DNA from: Anaeramoeba ignava BMAN
Lineage: Eukaryota > Protista > Anaeramoebae
Length of the DNA: 64,000 bases
Assembly: GCA_028826165.1 (NCBI GenBank)
Contig: JAPDFW010000073.1
Location: 186,001-250,000 of the forward strand
Reading direction: 5' to 3'
A model generated the notes under the pieces. The model did not search any database. It was given only the letters and a program-made list of their open reading frames with translations, and was not told the DNA's origin. The position numbers were made by a program, and so were the translations under genes. How positions within the stretch are numbered: position 1 is the first letter of the stretch; every line of letters begins with the position of its first letter. Shown piece after piece: positions 24,275 to 38,335 of this stretch.

Positions 24275-27200
24275 ATGAATTTCCTCAATTTTTTACCTTT
24301 ATTTTTGTTTCTTTTCTCCTTTTCTTTGAATTCAAGAACAACTGGAATCAATTATTTTTATACTTATCAACAACATAACCCTTTATTTGTTGATGTTCAA
24401 TTTTCAAATGGTTCAATTGATAGCATCGATTTGGGTAACACCAATAGTTGGTATTTTATTAGCGATTCAACAACTCATACTGGTATTTAATTATAAATTT
24501 AATTATAAATATAAATATAAATATAAATTTAATTATAAATATAAATATAAATTTAATTATAAATATAATTATAAATTTAATTATAAATTTAATTATAAAT
24601 ATAATTATAAATTTAATTATAAATTTAATTATAAATTTAAATATAAATATAATTATAAATTTAATTATAAATTTAATTATAAATTTAATTATAAATATAA
24701 TTATAAATTTAATTATAAATTTAATTATAAATTTAATTATAAAATTTAAATATAAATATAATTATAAATTTAAATATAAATTTAATTATAAAATATAATT
24801 ATAAATTTAATTATAAATTTAATTATAAATATAATTATAAATTTAATTATAAAATATAATTATAAATTTAATTATAAATTTAATTATAAATATAATTATA
24901 AATTTAATTATAAATTTAATTATAAATTTAATTATAAATTTAATTATAAATTTAATTATAAATTTCATTATAAATTTAATTATAAATTTAATTATAAATT
25001 TAATTATAAATATAATTATAAATTTAATTATAAATATAATTATAAATTTTATTATAAATTTTATTATAAATTTAATTATAAATTTAATTATAAATTTAAT
25101 TATAAATTTATTATAAATATAATTATAAATTTAATTATAAATTTAATTATAAATTTAATTATAAATTTAATTATAAATTTAATTATAAATTTAATTATAA
25201 ATTTAATTATAAATTTAATTATAAATTTAATTATAAATATAATTATAAATATATTATAAATAATTATATAATTATAAAATATAATTATAAATATAATTAT
25301 AAATTTAAATATAAATATAATTATAAATTTAATTATAAATTTAATTATAAATTTAATTATAAATTTAATTATAAATATAATTATAAATTTAATTATAAAA
25401 TATAATTATAAATTTAATTATAAATATAATTATATAAATTTAATTATAAATATAATTATAAATATAATTATAAAATTTAATTATAAATTTAATTATAAAA
25501 TTAATTATAAATTTAATTATAAATTTAATTATAAATTTAATTATAAATTTAATTATAAATTTAATTATAAATTTAATTATAAATTTAATTATAAATTTAA
25601 TTATAAATTTAATTATAAATTAATTATAAATTTAATTATAAATTTAATTATAAATTTAATTTAAATTTTATAAATATAATTATAAAATTTAATTATAAAT
25701 TTTAATTTATAAATTTAATTATAAATTTAAATATAAATATAATTATAAATTTAATTATAAATTTAATTATAAATATAAATTTAAATTATAAATTTAATTA
25801 TAAATTTAAATATAAATTTAAATATAAATTTAATTATAAATTTAATTATAAATTTTATTATAAATTTAATTATAAATTTAATTATAATTTAATTATAAAT
25901 ATAATTATAAATTTAATTATAAATTTAATTATAAATTTAATTATAAATATAATTATAAATATAATTATAAATTTAATTATAAATATAATTATAAATTTAA
26001 TTTATAAAATATAATTATAAATTTAATTATAAATATAATTATAAATTTAATTATAAATATAATTATAAATTTAATTATAAATATAATTATAAATTTAATT
26101 ATAAATTTAATTATAAATATAATTATAAATATAATTATAAATTTAATTATAAATATAATTATAAATTTAATTTAATTATAAATTTAATTATAAATTTATT
26201 ATAAATTTAATTATAAATTTAATTATAAATATAATTATAAATTTAATTATAAATTTAATTATAAATTTAATTATAAATTTAATTATAAATTTAATTATAA
26301 ATTTAATTATAAATTTAATTATAAATTTTAATTATAAATTTAATTATAAATTTAATTATAAATTTAATTATAAATTTAATTATAAATTTAATTATAAATT
26401 TAATTATAAATTTAATTATAAATTTAATTATAAATTTAAATATAAATATAATTATAAATTTAATTATAAATTTAATTATAAAATATAAATTTAATTATAA
26501 ATTTAATTATAAATTTTTATTATAGATTTAATTATAAATTTAATTATAAATATAATTATAAATTTAATTATAAATTTAATTATAAATATAATTATAAATT
26601 TAATTATAAATTTAATTATAAATTTAATTATAAATTTAATTATAAATTTAATTATAAATTTAATTATAAATTTAATTATAAATATAATTATAAATTTAAT
26701 TATAAATTTAATTATAAATTTTATTATAAATATAATTATAAATATAATTATAAATTTAATTATAAATTTAATTATAAATTTAATTATAAATATAATTATA
26801 AATTTAATTATAAATATAATTATAAATTTAATTATAAATATAATTATAAATTTAATTATAAATTTAATTATAAATTTAATTATAAATTTAATTATAAATT
26901 TAATTATAAATTTAATTATAAATTTAATTATAAATTTAATTATAAATTTAATTATAAATTTAATTATAAATATAATTATAAATTTAATTATAAATATAAT
27001 TATAAATTTAATTATAAATTTTATTATAAATTTAATTATAAATTTTATTATAAATTTTATTATAAATTTAATTATAAATATAATTATAAATTTAATTATA
27101 AATTTAATTATAAATTTTATTATAAATTTAATTATAAATTTTATTATAAATTTAATTATAAATTTAATTATAAATATAAATTTAATTTATTTAATAAAAT

Positions 27201-30200
27201 AAGGGGTTGACTGCACCACTAGACTTTCTGATACAATACCAGTAAATTTCTTCCTTGATTCTCCTGAATATACAACAGAAATGTGGTTTTCAAATCTTAG
27301 TGCTGGATCCAACTACATTTTAATGAACATGGTAGACACATATTCTAATAAACCGCTAATTATGGCGCTCAGTAATACAGAATTAAAAATAGTATGCTCA
27401 TCCGGTTCGGCTACTATTACTATTGATGGCTTGAATGGTAGTACTCCACTTCATTTACTTATAGTTTGGACCTCAGTAAATCAAGACATTTATGTGAATG
27501 GAGTTTATAATACATCAACAAGTTTGAATTGTGGAACACAGACTGCTATGATTGATCCTCTGCAAGAAATACATAAAGTGTATTTTATGGGTGTATATAA
27601 TAAAGCATTAAACCCAACCGAAATTGGTAATAATTTTGAAGTTGGATTGCCTTCATGGTATGACTCCTCAAATGATACTATTCAATTAAACGATAGTATG
27701 ACCTATGAAGTTAATTTTCTCGATTATCTTACACTCAATAATCTTACTTTCAACAACATGGAAATTTTGGGAGTTGATACAGACACACCAGGATCTAATT
27801 GCACACTTTACCAAATAAACCCACCTGAAAAGATGATTAATTTTCCATTTACTCTTGCTAATAGTATATCAAGCATTGAGATTCAAACACCAGTCAAACC
27901 TTCAGGTCCTGTTATGTGCAATATTTCTTACCGAATGAACTTTACTGATAATAATTTCGGATCAGTTTTCCAGTCGAATATTTCAGTTAATGTTAATGTA
28001 TCAATTACAACCATTGGGCCGTGGTTTGAGACATATATTACTTCTCAAATGTCGACAGTTGCATCTGCCGTTTTAACAATGGAATATGTGGATGATTTAG
28101 GCCAAACCGTTACAAATTTCACTGTGACAGGGTTGTCTTCGGGAACTTTGTATTACAACAACGTTACTATTTCAAATGGAGTTCCCGTAACGATTGTATC
28201 GCCAGCTCAGAATGGAACGCTTGAACTTGGATATAAAATGTCAACATCGAATAATGGCAATACAACTTCAATTGAGACATTCAATTTTGAATTGAATTCA
28301 ACAAGCGGATTATCGAATCAGGATACGGTTGATATAGCACTTAATAACACCAATCTTTACATGAACAAAACAACAAACAATTTGACTGAAGATAATTCTA
28401 CGAATGTTGATTTCTCATTTTTCGATTCAGTCGCAGGAACTGTTTCAAGTTCTTGGTCAGCATACTGGAGTGGACCATGCGATGGATCAACAATTATGGT
28501 GGGACAAAACACTGTCAGTTGTCCAGGTGTGTTGACAAGTCAAACTTCCGTTATGGAAGATTCGAATCCTCTTACCGTATCAATTAAACCTCCTCAATAT
28601 AAGAACGGACTTATGAATCTTACATTTAGTTTGACAAATGGACTTATATCTCGCACTGGGATCAATTTAGAATTCTATATCGAACCTGTTTTTAATCAGG
28701 CAACAATTTCCGCAACATGTTCGAATAATTGCAAAACTCAAGGAAACATGCTTCTTTACACGGCAACAAATTTCACGATTGATTTCACAATTTTCGATCC
28801 CGATGAATACAATTTGAAGTTGGACTTAAGTTTACTCAATTTCGAGATGGAGGCTGCCAATGTTTCAGGACAAATCGGGCAAATAATGGGGTCAAAATCC
28901 CAGATTATGACTCAATTATCGGGGTTCAAAATCATAACTACAGGATCAAGTGTAGTTGGGAATACGGATTTATTAACCTTGAACATCTCGAAGTTGGACA
29001 ATCCAGCAAATACTTATTCTATTAAATATCAGATTCAAGTTCCAACAGAAACATCATCCGACAACAGCAACAATACAATCCCAATTGCAGTTGGTGCTGG
29101 TGCAGGAGGGTTAATCTTAATAATAATTGTAATCATTCTGATTGTCAAACGAAAGCATCGCAGACCCAAGCCACCACCACCACCAGATTTCGCACCATAC
29201 ATCTACGGAAGCCTTCTTGAAATCTCTCTTTCGGATCAAAAGAAACAGATTGAGAAAATCAAAGATCTCAAACCACTTCTTGTTTCTGAGCAACTGACTC
29301 TTGTCAAGGCAATTTTCAACATCACAAACCCATCCGAAAGTGATTCTGTATGTCGCGCGCTTGTATATTTGTTCGAGAGAGACTCTCTTCTTATGAAACT
29401 CCTGAAGAAACGAATCAAGGACGAAATCCGCGAGACACAAGAAGAAGGAACACTTTTCCGTTCAAACAGCTTAGCAAGCAAGATGATGAAGACATACTCA
29501 CAACTTGTTGGATTACCGTATTTGTACGACACTTTGGTCATCGAAATTTTCGATATTTGCAAGTCTTTATTTCAGCACGATGTTGAGGTTGATCCCAACC
29601 GCATTGAGGAGGATCAAGAAAGTGATGTCGATATCAACAGGTGGTTCCTTCTCGCTTCAGCACAACAAATTTTCTCACGCATCATCAAATCCGGAAATGA
29701 AACTCCCGATCCGTTCAAGTTCATTTGCTTCTATCTTCGAAAGCATGTTGTCAAGAAATACCCAGATAGCAAGTATACTGCTATTGGTGGTTTTATTTTC
29801 TTGAGAGTTTTCTGTCCTGCTATTACAACTCCTGAGATTTTCGGTCTTGTTAAGGAACAACCTAGTGATTCTGCTAGAAGACATCTTGTTCTTGTTGCCA
29901 AATCTCTTCAAAATGTTGCTAATGGAACTAATTTTAAAGAAGGAACTATGGAAGAGTTATCTGTTTTTGTTAAATCCAATACACCAAAAGCTTATAAAGT
30001 AATTAAATTAAAATTAAAATTCATTTATAAAATTCATTTATAAAATTTATTTATAAAATTCATTTATAAAATTTATTTATAAAATTCATTTATAAAATTT
30101 ATTTATAAAATTCATTTATAAAATTTATTTATAAAATTCATTTATAAAATTTATTTATAAAATTCATTTATAAAATTTATTTATAAAATTCATTTATAAA

Positions 30201-30978
30201 ATTTATTTATAAAATTAAAATTAAAATTATTTATAAAATTAAAATTAAAATTATTTTAAATTAAAATTAAAATTAAAATTAAAATTAAAATTAAAATCAA
30301 AATTAAAATTAAAATCAAAATTAAATTTAAAATTTATTTATAAAATTAAAATTAAAATTATTTATAAAATTAAAATTTATTTTGAATTAAAATTGAAATT
30401 AAAATCAAAATTAAAATTAAAATTATTTATAAAATCAAAATTAAAATTAAAATTAAAATTAAAATTAAAATCAAAATTAAAATCAAAATTAAAATTAAAA
30501 TCAAAATTAAAATTAAAATCAAAATTAAAATCAAAATTAATTTATAAAATTAAAATTATTTATAAAATTAAAATTAAAATTAAAATTTATTTTGAATTAA
30601 AATTTATTTATAAAATTAAAATTAATTTATTTAAAATTAAAATTAAAATCAAATTTAAAATTAAAATCAAAATTATTTATAAAATTAAAATCAAAATTAA
30701 AATTTATTTTAAATTTATTTTAAATTTATTTATAAAATTAGTTCTTTGATGAAATTGCTGATAGAGGTGAAAAAGTTGATAATATCTCAAATATTGAAAT
30801 TCCTGACCATATTTGTGATGTTTCACTTGCAGTTCTTCACAGATTTATTGTTCAAAACAGAGAAAAACTTATCAATGAATTAAACAAAACAGAAGAAGGA
30901 AAAGAAATTTCAAAAAGACTTGAAGCAATGTTGGACCAAATTGGTGAACCAATTCCTAAAAAAGTTACTCACATTTAA
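24275..30978 (+). CDS. Single-pass transmembrane receptor-type RasGAP (signal peptide, LamG-like and Ig/cadherin-like ectodomain, TM, NF1-like GAP); exons 24275-24482, 27204-29998, 30742-30978; ~1,079 aa
   Basis: Signal peptide MNFLNFLPLFLFLFSFSLNS; many NxS/T sequons; TM IAVGAGAGGLILIIIVIILIV then KRKHRR; arginine finger TLFRSNSLASK; GGFIFLRVFCPAI; VAKSLQNVAN. Confidence 0.92.
24486..27190. repeat. 12-bp tandem array (AATTATAAATTT)n filling the 2.7-kb intron 24483-27203
   Basis: Direct reading. Confidence 0.95.
30002..30740. repeat. AAAATT(C/T)ATTTAT and AAAATT/AAAATC arrays in intron 29999-30741
   Basis: Direct reading. Confidence 0.9.
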
Positions 30979-31207
30979 TTTTTCAAACTTGATTTTTTTT
31001 ACTTTCTTTTTTACTTTTTTTTTCTTTGACTTTCCACAACAAAATTGTGTTTTTTTTTTCTTGAACTTTTTTTGAACTTTTTTTGAACTTTTTTTCTTTT
31101 GCTCTTTTTAGCTATTTTTCTATCCCAATTAAAAAGCAAATTTAAAAAATTCATTTTTTTCATTTTTTTCTTTTAAAAAATCAATTTAAAAAATTCAATT
31201 TAAAAAA

Positions 31208-33575
31208 ATGGAAAAATTTAAAGCTTCAATGCTTCTTGGTGGAGTTGGAGATTCAATGGGATATCATGATAAAGAATATGAATTTCAATATTGTGGAAAA
31301 TTAATTCATGAAGATGTTAATAAAATTACAAACGGAAAAGGCATTTCTGCACTTCATTTAAAAGGTTCAAGTTGGAAAGTTTCTGATGATACAGTTATGA
31401 TGATTGCAACTGCTGAATCTTTACTTGATTCTGTTGAAAAAGGTTTTTTAGTTGTTGATCCTCAAAATCCAAAAATTGATTTGCCTAAAGTCATGGGTAT
31501 TTTTGCAAGAAAGTATGTTGATTGCATGAATGATATGGATAATCGAATGCCTGGTAATAAAATAATATATATATATAAATATATAAATATAATTTTTAAT
31601 TTGTTTTTTTTCTTAGGTGCTTCTGTAACTGGTGCTCTTTTAAAAATAAAAGATAATCCAGAAGAAAAATGGAATTCAACTCCTTTTAGAACTTTAGGTG
31701 GTGGTTGTGGTGCTGCGTAAAAATCAAAATCAAAATCAAAATCAAAATCAAAATTAAAATTAAAATCAAAATCAAAATCAAAATCAAAATCAAAATCAAA
31801 ATTAAAAATCAAAATCAAAATCAAAATCAAAATCAAAATTAAAAATCAAAATCAAAATCAAAATCAAAATCAAAATTAAAATTAAATTTAAAATTAAAAT
31901 TAAAATCAAAATCAAAATCAAAAATCAAAATTAAAATCAAAATTAAAATTAAAATTAAAATTAAAATTAAAATTAAAATTAAAATTAAAATTAAAATAAA
32001 ATCAAAATTAAAATCAAAATCAAAAATCAAAATCAAAATCAAAATTAAAATCAAAATCAAAATCAAAATCAAAATTAAAATCAAAATTAAAATCAAAATT
32101 AAAAATCAAAATCAAAATTAAAATTAAAATTAAAATTAAAATCAAAATCAAAATTATTAAAATTAAAATTAAAATTAAAATCAAAATAAAAATTAAAATA
32201 AAAATTAAAATTAAAATTAAAATTAAAATTCAAAATTAAAATCAAAATTAAAATCAAAATTAAAATCAAAATTAAAATTAAAACCAAAATCAAAATTAAA
32301 ATCAAAATCAAAATTAAAATCAAAATCAAAATCAAAATTAAAATTAAAATCAAAATCAAAATTAAAATCAAAATTAAAATCAAAAATTAAAATTAAAAAT
32401 CAAAATCAAAATCAAAATCAAAATTAAAATTTAAATTAAAATTAAAATCAAAATCAAAATTAAAATCAAAATAAAAATCAAAATAAAAATCAAAATTAAA
32501 ATTAAAATTAAAATTAAAATTAAAATCAAAATTAAAATCAAAATTAAAATCAAAATTAAAATCAAAATTAAAATCAAAATTAAAATCAAAATCAAAATCA
32601 AAATTAAAATTAAAATTAAAATTAAAATTAAAATTAAAATTAAAATTAAAATCAAAATTAAAATTAAAATCAAAATTAAAATCAAAATCAAAATTTAAAA
32701 ATCAAAATCAAAATCAAAATTAAAATTAAAATCAAATTCAAAATTAAAATTAAAATTTAAAATCAAAATCAAAATCATTTTAGAATGAGATCAATGCCAA
32801 TTGGATTATTATTTCATGATTATGAAAATCCACAAATATTAGATCTATTAATAAGCGTATCTATTGAATCAGGAAGAATCACACATCATCATCCTGTTGG
32901 ATATTTAGGAGGTTTAGTTTCTGCATTATATATTTCATTTGCTTTACATAATTTACCTATTGTTGAATGGGGAAAAAAATTATTACAAATTATTAAAGAA
33001 AAAGTTCCAGATTATTTAGAAAAGGCTCAAAGATTTGCAAAAGAAAATATTGATGCTGTTAGTACTTTTATTGATCATTGGGAAAAATATTTAAAACTTC
33101 GGCAAATTTTTGGAACTGATCAAAATGTTCCAATTTTTCCTGATGTTTATGATATTCAAGAAAGAGATGATTTTTATAAGTCTATTTCCTTTAAAGGATG
33201 GGGTAATTTTTATTTTAAAATTAAAATTAAATTCATTTATAAAATCAAAATCAAAATCAAAATCCAAATTAAATTCATTTATAAAATTAAAATTAAAATT
33301 AAAAAGGTGGAAGTTCTGGTCATGATAGTGTTATAATTGCTTATGATGCTCTTTTAGGTTCAAAAGTAAATTGGGAAGAATTATGTCTTAGAGGTGTTTT
33401 ACATGGAGGAGATTCTGATTCAACTGGAGTAATTGCTTGTTCAACTTATGGAGCATTAAAAGGATTTAAAGAAGTTCCTGAATTAAATTATAAAGATTTA
33501 GAATATCATGACAGACTTATTGATTTAGGAGAAAAACTTTTTAAAATTTCAAATTACGAAGAAAAACAAAAATAA
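31208..33575 (+). CDS. ADPRH: ADP-ribosylarginine hydrolase (ARH1-type); exons 31208-31553, 31617-31716, 32784-33202, 33307-33575; ~377 aa
   Basis: [60 protein letters not shown]. Confidence 0.93.
31720..32778. repeat. (AAAATC/AAAATT)n hexamer array in ADPRH intron 2 (31717-32783)
   Basis: Direct reading. Confidence 0.95.
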
Positions 33576-33751
33576 ATTATTAAATCTTTTTCATTTCATT
33601 TCATGTTTTTGTTTTTAATTTTGATTTGAATTTTGATTTAAATTTTAATTTGAATTTTTGATTTGATTTTTGTTTTTGATTTGATTTTTTTTTATTGATT
33701 GGGAAAATTGTTTTGGAAATTGAAAAAGAAAAATTCAAATCAAAATTAAAC

Positions 33752-34845
33752 TTAGAAAAGAACCAAAAAAACGAACAAAGAAATCAAAAAAGAAGAAAAT
33801 GAAAGAAGATAAGGAGAAGCAGAAAGACCTGAATAAGGGATTTCAATAGAAACTTGACCATTTTCTGAATGATAATTAGTTGCACCAACACTACTTTCAA
33901 GATGATAAAAAAGAGTAATTGTAGTTTGTTGAGAACCTTTAACAGTAACAAGAATAGTATTAACAGGCAAAACAGATCCTCCAGAAATTTGATTATTATT
34001 AGTATCATAAAAAGTAGCTCCAGCTGCAGAACTAATTCCATTGATATGAACATAATAATCATCAGAAATTGATTGACTTGAACAATCGATTGAGAATGTT
34101 TTTGATTGACCAGGATATGCTATTACTGATTGTGAATTACTGACTTGGAGGAAGTTTTTGAGAATAATTGTTTGTGTGCAATCACTTGAATCAACAGCTC
34201 CATCATTTGTAACTTTGAAAGATAAAGTAGTTTGCACTTGTGATGTGTGATCCAGCATTGATCCATAAGAATAAATGACACTCCAAGTATTGGATGTTCT
34301 GTAATCAACTGTTGTATCATTTGCGTTAATTAATGAACCTTGAGCTCCGCTTGAAAGTATTTGATAAATTGATCCTGTTGATGGAATTATGTTGATTGTT
34401 GATGAACTAAGAAGTGAATCTGGATCATCACCAACTAATGCTACTTGGCAAACAGCATCAGTATCATAACAAGTTGTTGTTAATGATTGGCATGTTGGAT
34501 TTGCGGGTGTGTTTGTTGCAGTGATGTTTATTGAACTTGTTTGTGGATATGTATATAAGTTTCTGGTTGTATCAAATAGTGTAAATTCCCATGATGAGGC
34601 TGTGTATGATTGCAAATTGGGCACTCCTTCATAGTAGAATTCAGTTGTTAAGTTTACTGATAATTGTTGTCCAACATATAGCATATCTCCTTTTACTCCT
34701 CCGTTAGATGTGTATAATCTTCCATAAATTGGTTCAAATAATCCAGTAGTTGTTAATGTGAATTCATCATTTGTTGGATCTCTGTAAGCATTCAAAGTGA
34801 TAATATCTAAATTAAATTCAAACAAATTTATTATATTTTAAATAT

Positions 34846-34908
<63 letters not shown>

Positions 34909-34950
34909 TATTTTAAATATTTATATTTATTATATTTATATTTATTATAT

Positions 34951-34985
<35 letters not shown>

Positions 34986-35804
34986 TATTTATATTTATAT
35001 TTATATTTATATTTATATTTATTTATTTATTTTATTTTATTTATTTATTTATTTTTTATAGATGAATATTTATATTTACATTTATAGTTTATATTTTATT
35101 TTTATATTTATTTTTATATTTTATATTTATATTTACATTTATTTTTTATTTATTTATTTTATTTATTTATTTATGATTTATTTGTTTATTTTATTTTTAT
35201 TCCCAATTCCATTTTTTAGCATTTTGTTTTTCCATTTTTGTTATTTTATGTTTTATATTTATTTACACAAATTTGTTTATTTTTTTATTTATTTTCTGAT
35301 TTATTTATTTTTTTTATTTATTTGTTTTTATTTAATTTATTTATTTATTTATTTTATTTTATTTGTTTTTATTTTATTTATTTTATTTATTTTTATTTTA
35401 TTTTATTTTTTTTTTTTAAAAATATTTTTTGTTTATTTTATATTTTATATTTATGTTTTTTATTTTTTTTTATATATTATATTTTATATTTTATTTATAT
35501 TTAAAATTTATATTTTTTTTTTTTATATTTATTTATTTTTATTTAAATTATTTATATTTTGTTTATTTTTATATTTATATTTTTTTATTTATATTTATTT
35601 TTATTTAATTTTTTTTATTTATTTATTTTATTTATTTTTATTTATTTTTATTTATTTTATTTATTTGTTTAAAATTATTATTTGTTTTTTTTAATTTATT
35701 TATTTGTTTTTATTTATTTATTTTAATTTTTTATATTTTTTTTTATTTATTTTATTTATTTTATTTATTTATTTTTTATTTTTTTATTTATTTATTTTAT
35801 TAAT

Positions 35805-35840
<36 letters not shown>

Positions 35841-36847
35841 ATTTAATTTAATTTTATTTATTTATTTTTTATTTTTTATTTATTTTTATTTAAATTTAAT
35901 TTATTTATTTATTTATATATTTATATTTTATTTATATTTATTTATTTATATTTATTTATATTTATATTTTTATATTTATATTTATATTTATATTTATATT
36001 TATTTATTTATTTATTTTATATTTATTTATTTATTTATATTTTAAATATTTATTTTGTGTAAATTTTTATCAAAAATATACCACTCAAGTTAAATACTTG
36101 ATCAGTTCCACCAGACAATTGAGTAGGAACACAATTTGGACGAGCATATGGAATACTAGCATTAAAATGTTCTTCGATCTCAGTTGGAGAAAGCATAGAT
36201 GAATAAGTAGCAATATACATTACATTTGAATTAATCTTAAAAGCAGAATTTTGGTCACTACCGCTTCTCAAAGTGAAAAATTCAGAATATGAAACAGGTT
36301 CAGAATAAATGAAGGAACCGTTATAATAAAAAGAAACATTCTCTGATTTGTTATAAGTAATGACTAAATGATTAAGAGACCCAGTTGTTATAGGAAAATC
36401 AATTGATTGGGTATCAAAAGTATATGAATACAAATAAAGATTAAAAAAGGAAGAATTTATTTTGGAAATGAGGAAAAAAAACTCAGCAGTGCCAGATTTA
36501 AGCCCAAATATAGCATTTGTAGGTAAATCAGGCTCCATAAACCAGATCTCAACCGATGCTTCGGGTGTAAATTGTCCAGATGGAACTCCGCAATTTTGAG
36601 TCCAGTCACACAAATTGGAACCCACTATTCCAGTTGATTTTTGTGATGCTGTTGCGTTAACTCCAACTGTGTAATATGTCGGATAAAGCCATGTTCCTGT
36701 TAAACCCGTGAAATTAAATAGCATGTCTGTTGATGATGATATGTCTCCTGTTGCTTCTTGAAATTTAAACTCAAGATCTGGTGTTGTTTGCGTTATTATC
36801 TTTCCAATAACCAATAAAAACAAAAGTGTTTTTATTAATTGATTCAT
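33752..36847 (-). CDS. Secreted, probably GPI-anchored surface protein with LamG-like and Ig/cadherin-like domains; exons 36847-36082, 34806-33752; ~606 aa
   Basis: Signal peptide; SVEIWF..NHLVITY..FYYNG..IATYSSMLSPTEI LamG-like pattern; C-terminal SGLSAS followed by a hydrophobic tail ending at the stop. Confidence 0.85.
34830..36060. repeat. Degenerate (TTTA)n/(TTTATA)n low-complexity intron fill (intron 34807-36081)
   Basis: Direct reading. Confidence 0.85.
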
Positions 36848-37042
36848 TTTGTTTAATTAACTTGATTTGCTAAAAATGATTTTTAAAATAAACAAAAGTT
36901 TATTTATTTTTTTTTCTTATATTTTTTTGCTTTCTATTTGTACTTTATTTTTTTTAAAGTATATATATTTTATTATTTATATATTTTTTAATATACATTT
37001 TAAAAATTATTATTTTCTTTTTTCTTTATAAACAAATGGAGC

Positions 37043-38335
37043 TAAATTAATTTATTTAAATTTAATTAATAATTATCAAATATTTATCTATATATTTTAA
37101 TAAAATATTATTATAAATAAATTTATTTAAATTTAATTAATAATTATTTATCTATTTATTTATATATTTTAATAAAATATTATTATAAATTAATTTATTT
37201 AAATTTAATTAATAATTATTAAATATTTATTTATATATTTTAATAAAATATTAATATAAATTAATTTATTTAAATTTAATTAATAATTATTTATCTATTT
37301 ATTTATATATTTTAATAAAATATTATTATAAATTAATTTATTTAAATTTAATTAATAATTATTTATCTATTTATTTTATATTTTAATAAAATATTATTAT
37401 AAATTAATTTATTTAAATTTAATTAATAATTATCTATTTATTTATTTATATATTTTTAATAAAATATAAATATAAATTAATTTATTTAAATTTAATTAAT
37501 AATTATTTATCTATTTATTTATATATTTTAATAAAAATATAATTATAAATTAATTTATTTAAATTTAAATTAATAATTATTTATCTATTTATTTATATAT
37601 TTTAATAAAATATTATTATAAATTAATTTATTTAAATTTAATTAATAATTCTTTTATCTATTTATTTATATATTTTAATAAAATAATATTATAAATTAAT
37701 TTATTTAAATTTAATTAATAATTATTTATCTATTTATTTATATATTTTAATAAAATATTATTATAAATAAATTTATTTAAATTTAATTAATAAATATTAA
37801 ATATTTATTTATATATTTTAATAAAAATATTAATATAAATTAATTTATTTAAATTTTATTAATAATTATTTATCTATTTATTTATATATTTTAATAAAAT
37901 ATAAATATAAATAAATTTATTTAAATTTAATTAATAATTATTTATCTATTTATTTATATATTTTATTAAAAATATAATTATAAATAAATTTATTTAAATT
38001 TAATTAATAATTATTTATCTATTTATTTATATATTTTAATAAAATATTATTATAAATAAATTTATTTAAATTTAATTAATAATTCTTTATCTATTTATTT
38101 ATATATTTTAATAAAATATAATTATAAATTAATTTATTTAAATTTAATTAATAATTATCAAATATTTATTTATATATTTTAATAAAATATAAATATAAAT
38201 AAATTTATTTAAATTTAATTAATAATTCTTTATCTATTTATTTATATATTTTAATAAAATATTATTATAAATAAATTTATTTAAATTTAATTAATAATTA
38301 TTTATCTATTTATCTATATATTTTAATAAAATATT
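37043..38335. repeat. Intergenic ~71-72 bp tandem repeat, ~18 copies
   Basis: Anchor TTTATTTAAATTTAATTAAT recurs at 37051, 37122, 37194, 37265, 37337 and onward. Confidence 0.92.

Noticed and set aside
31462-32691. Poly-IL / DF ORFs on the minus strand
   Set aside because: Antisense translation of the hexamer array in ADPRH intron 2
35062-36045. Highly hydrophobic F/I/Y/L ORFs resembling membrane or mitochondrial proteins
   Set aside because: T-rich low-complexity intron sequence with no motifs
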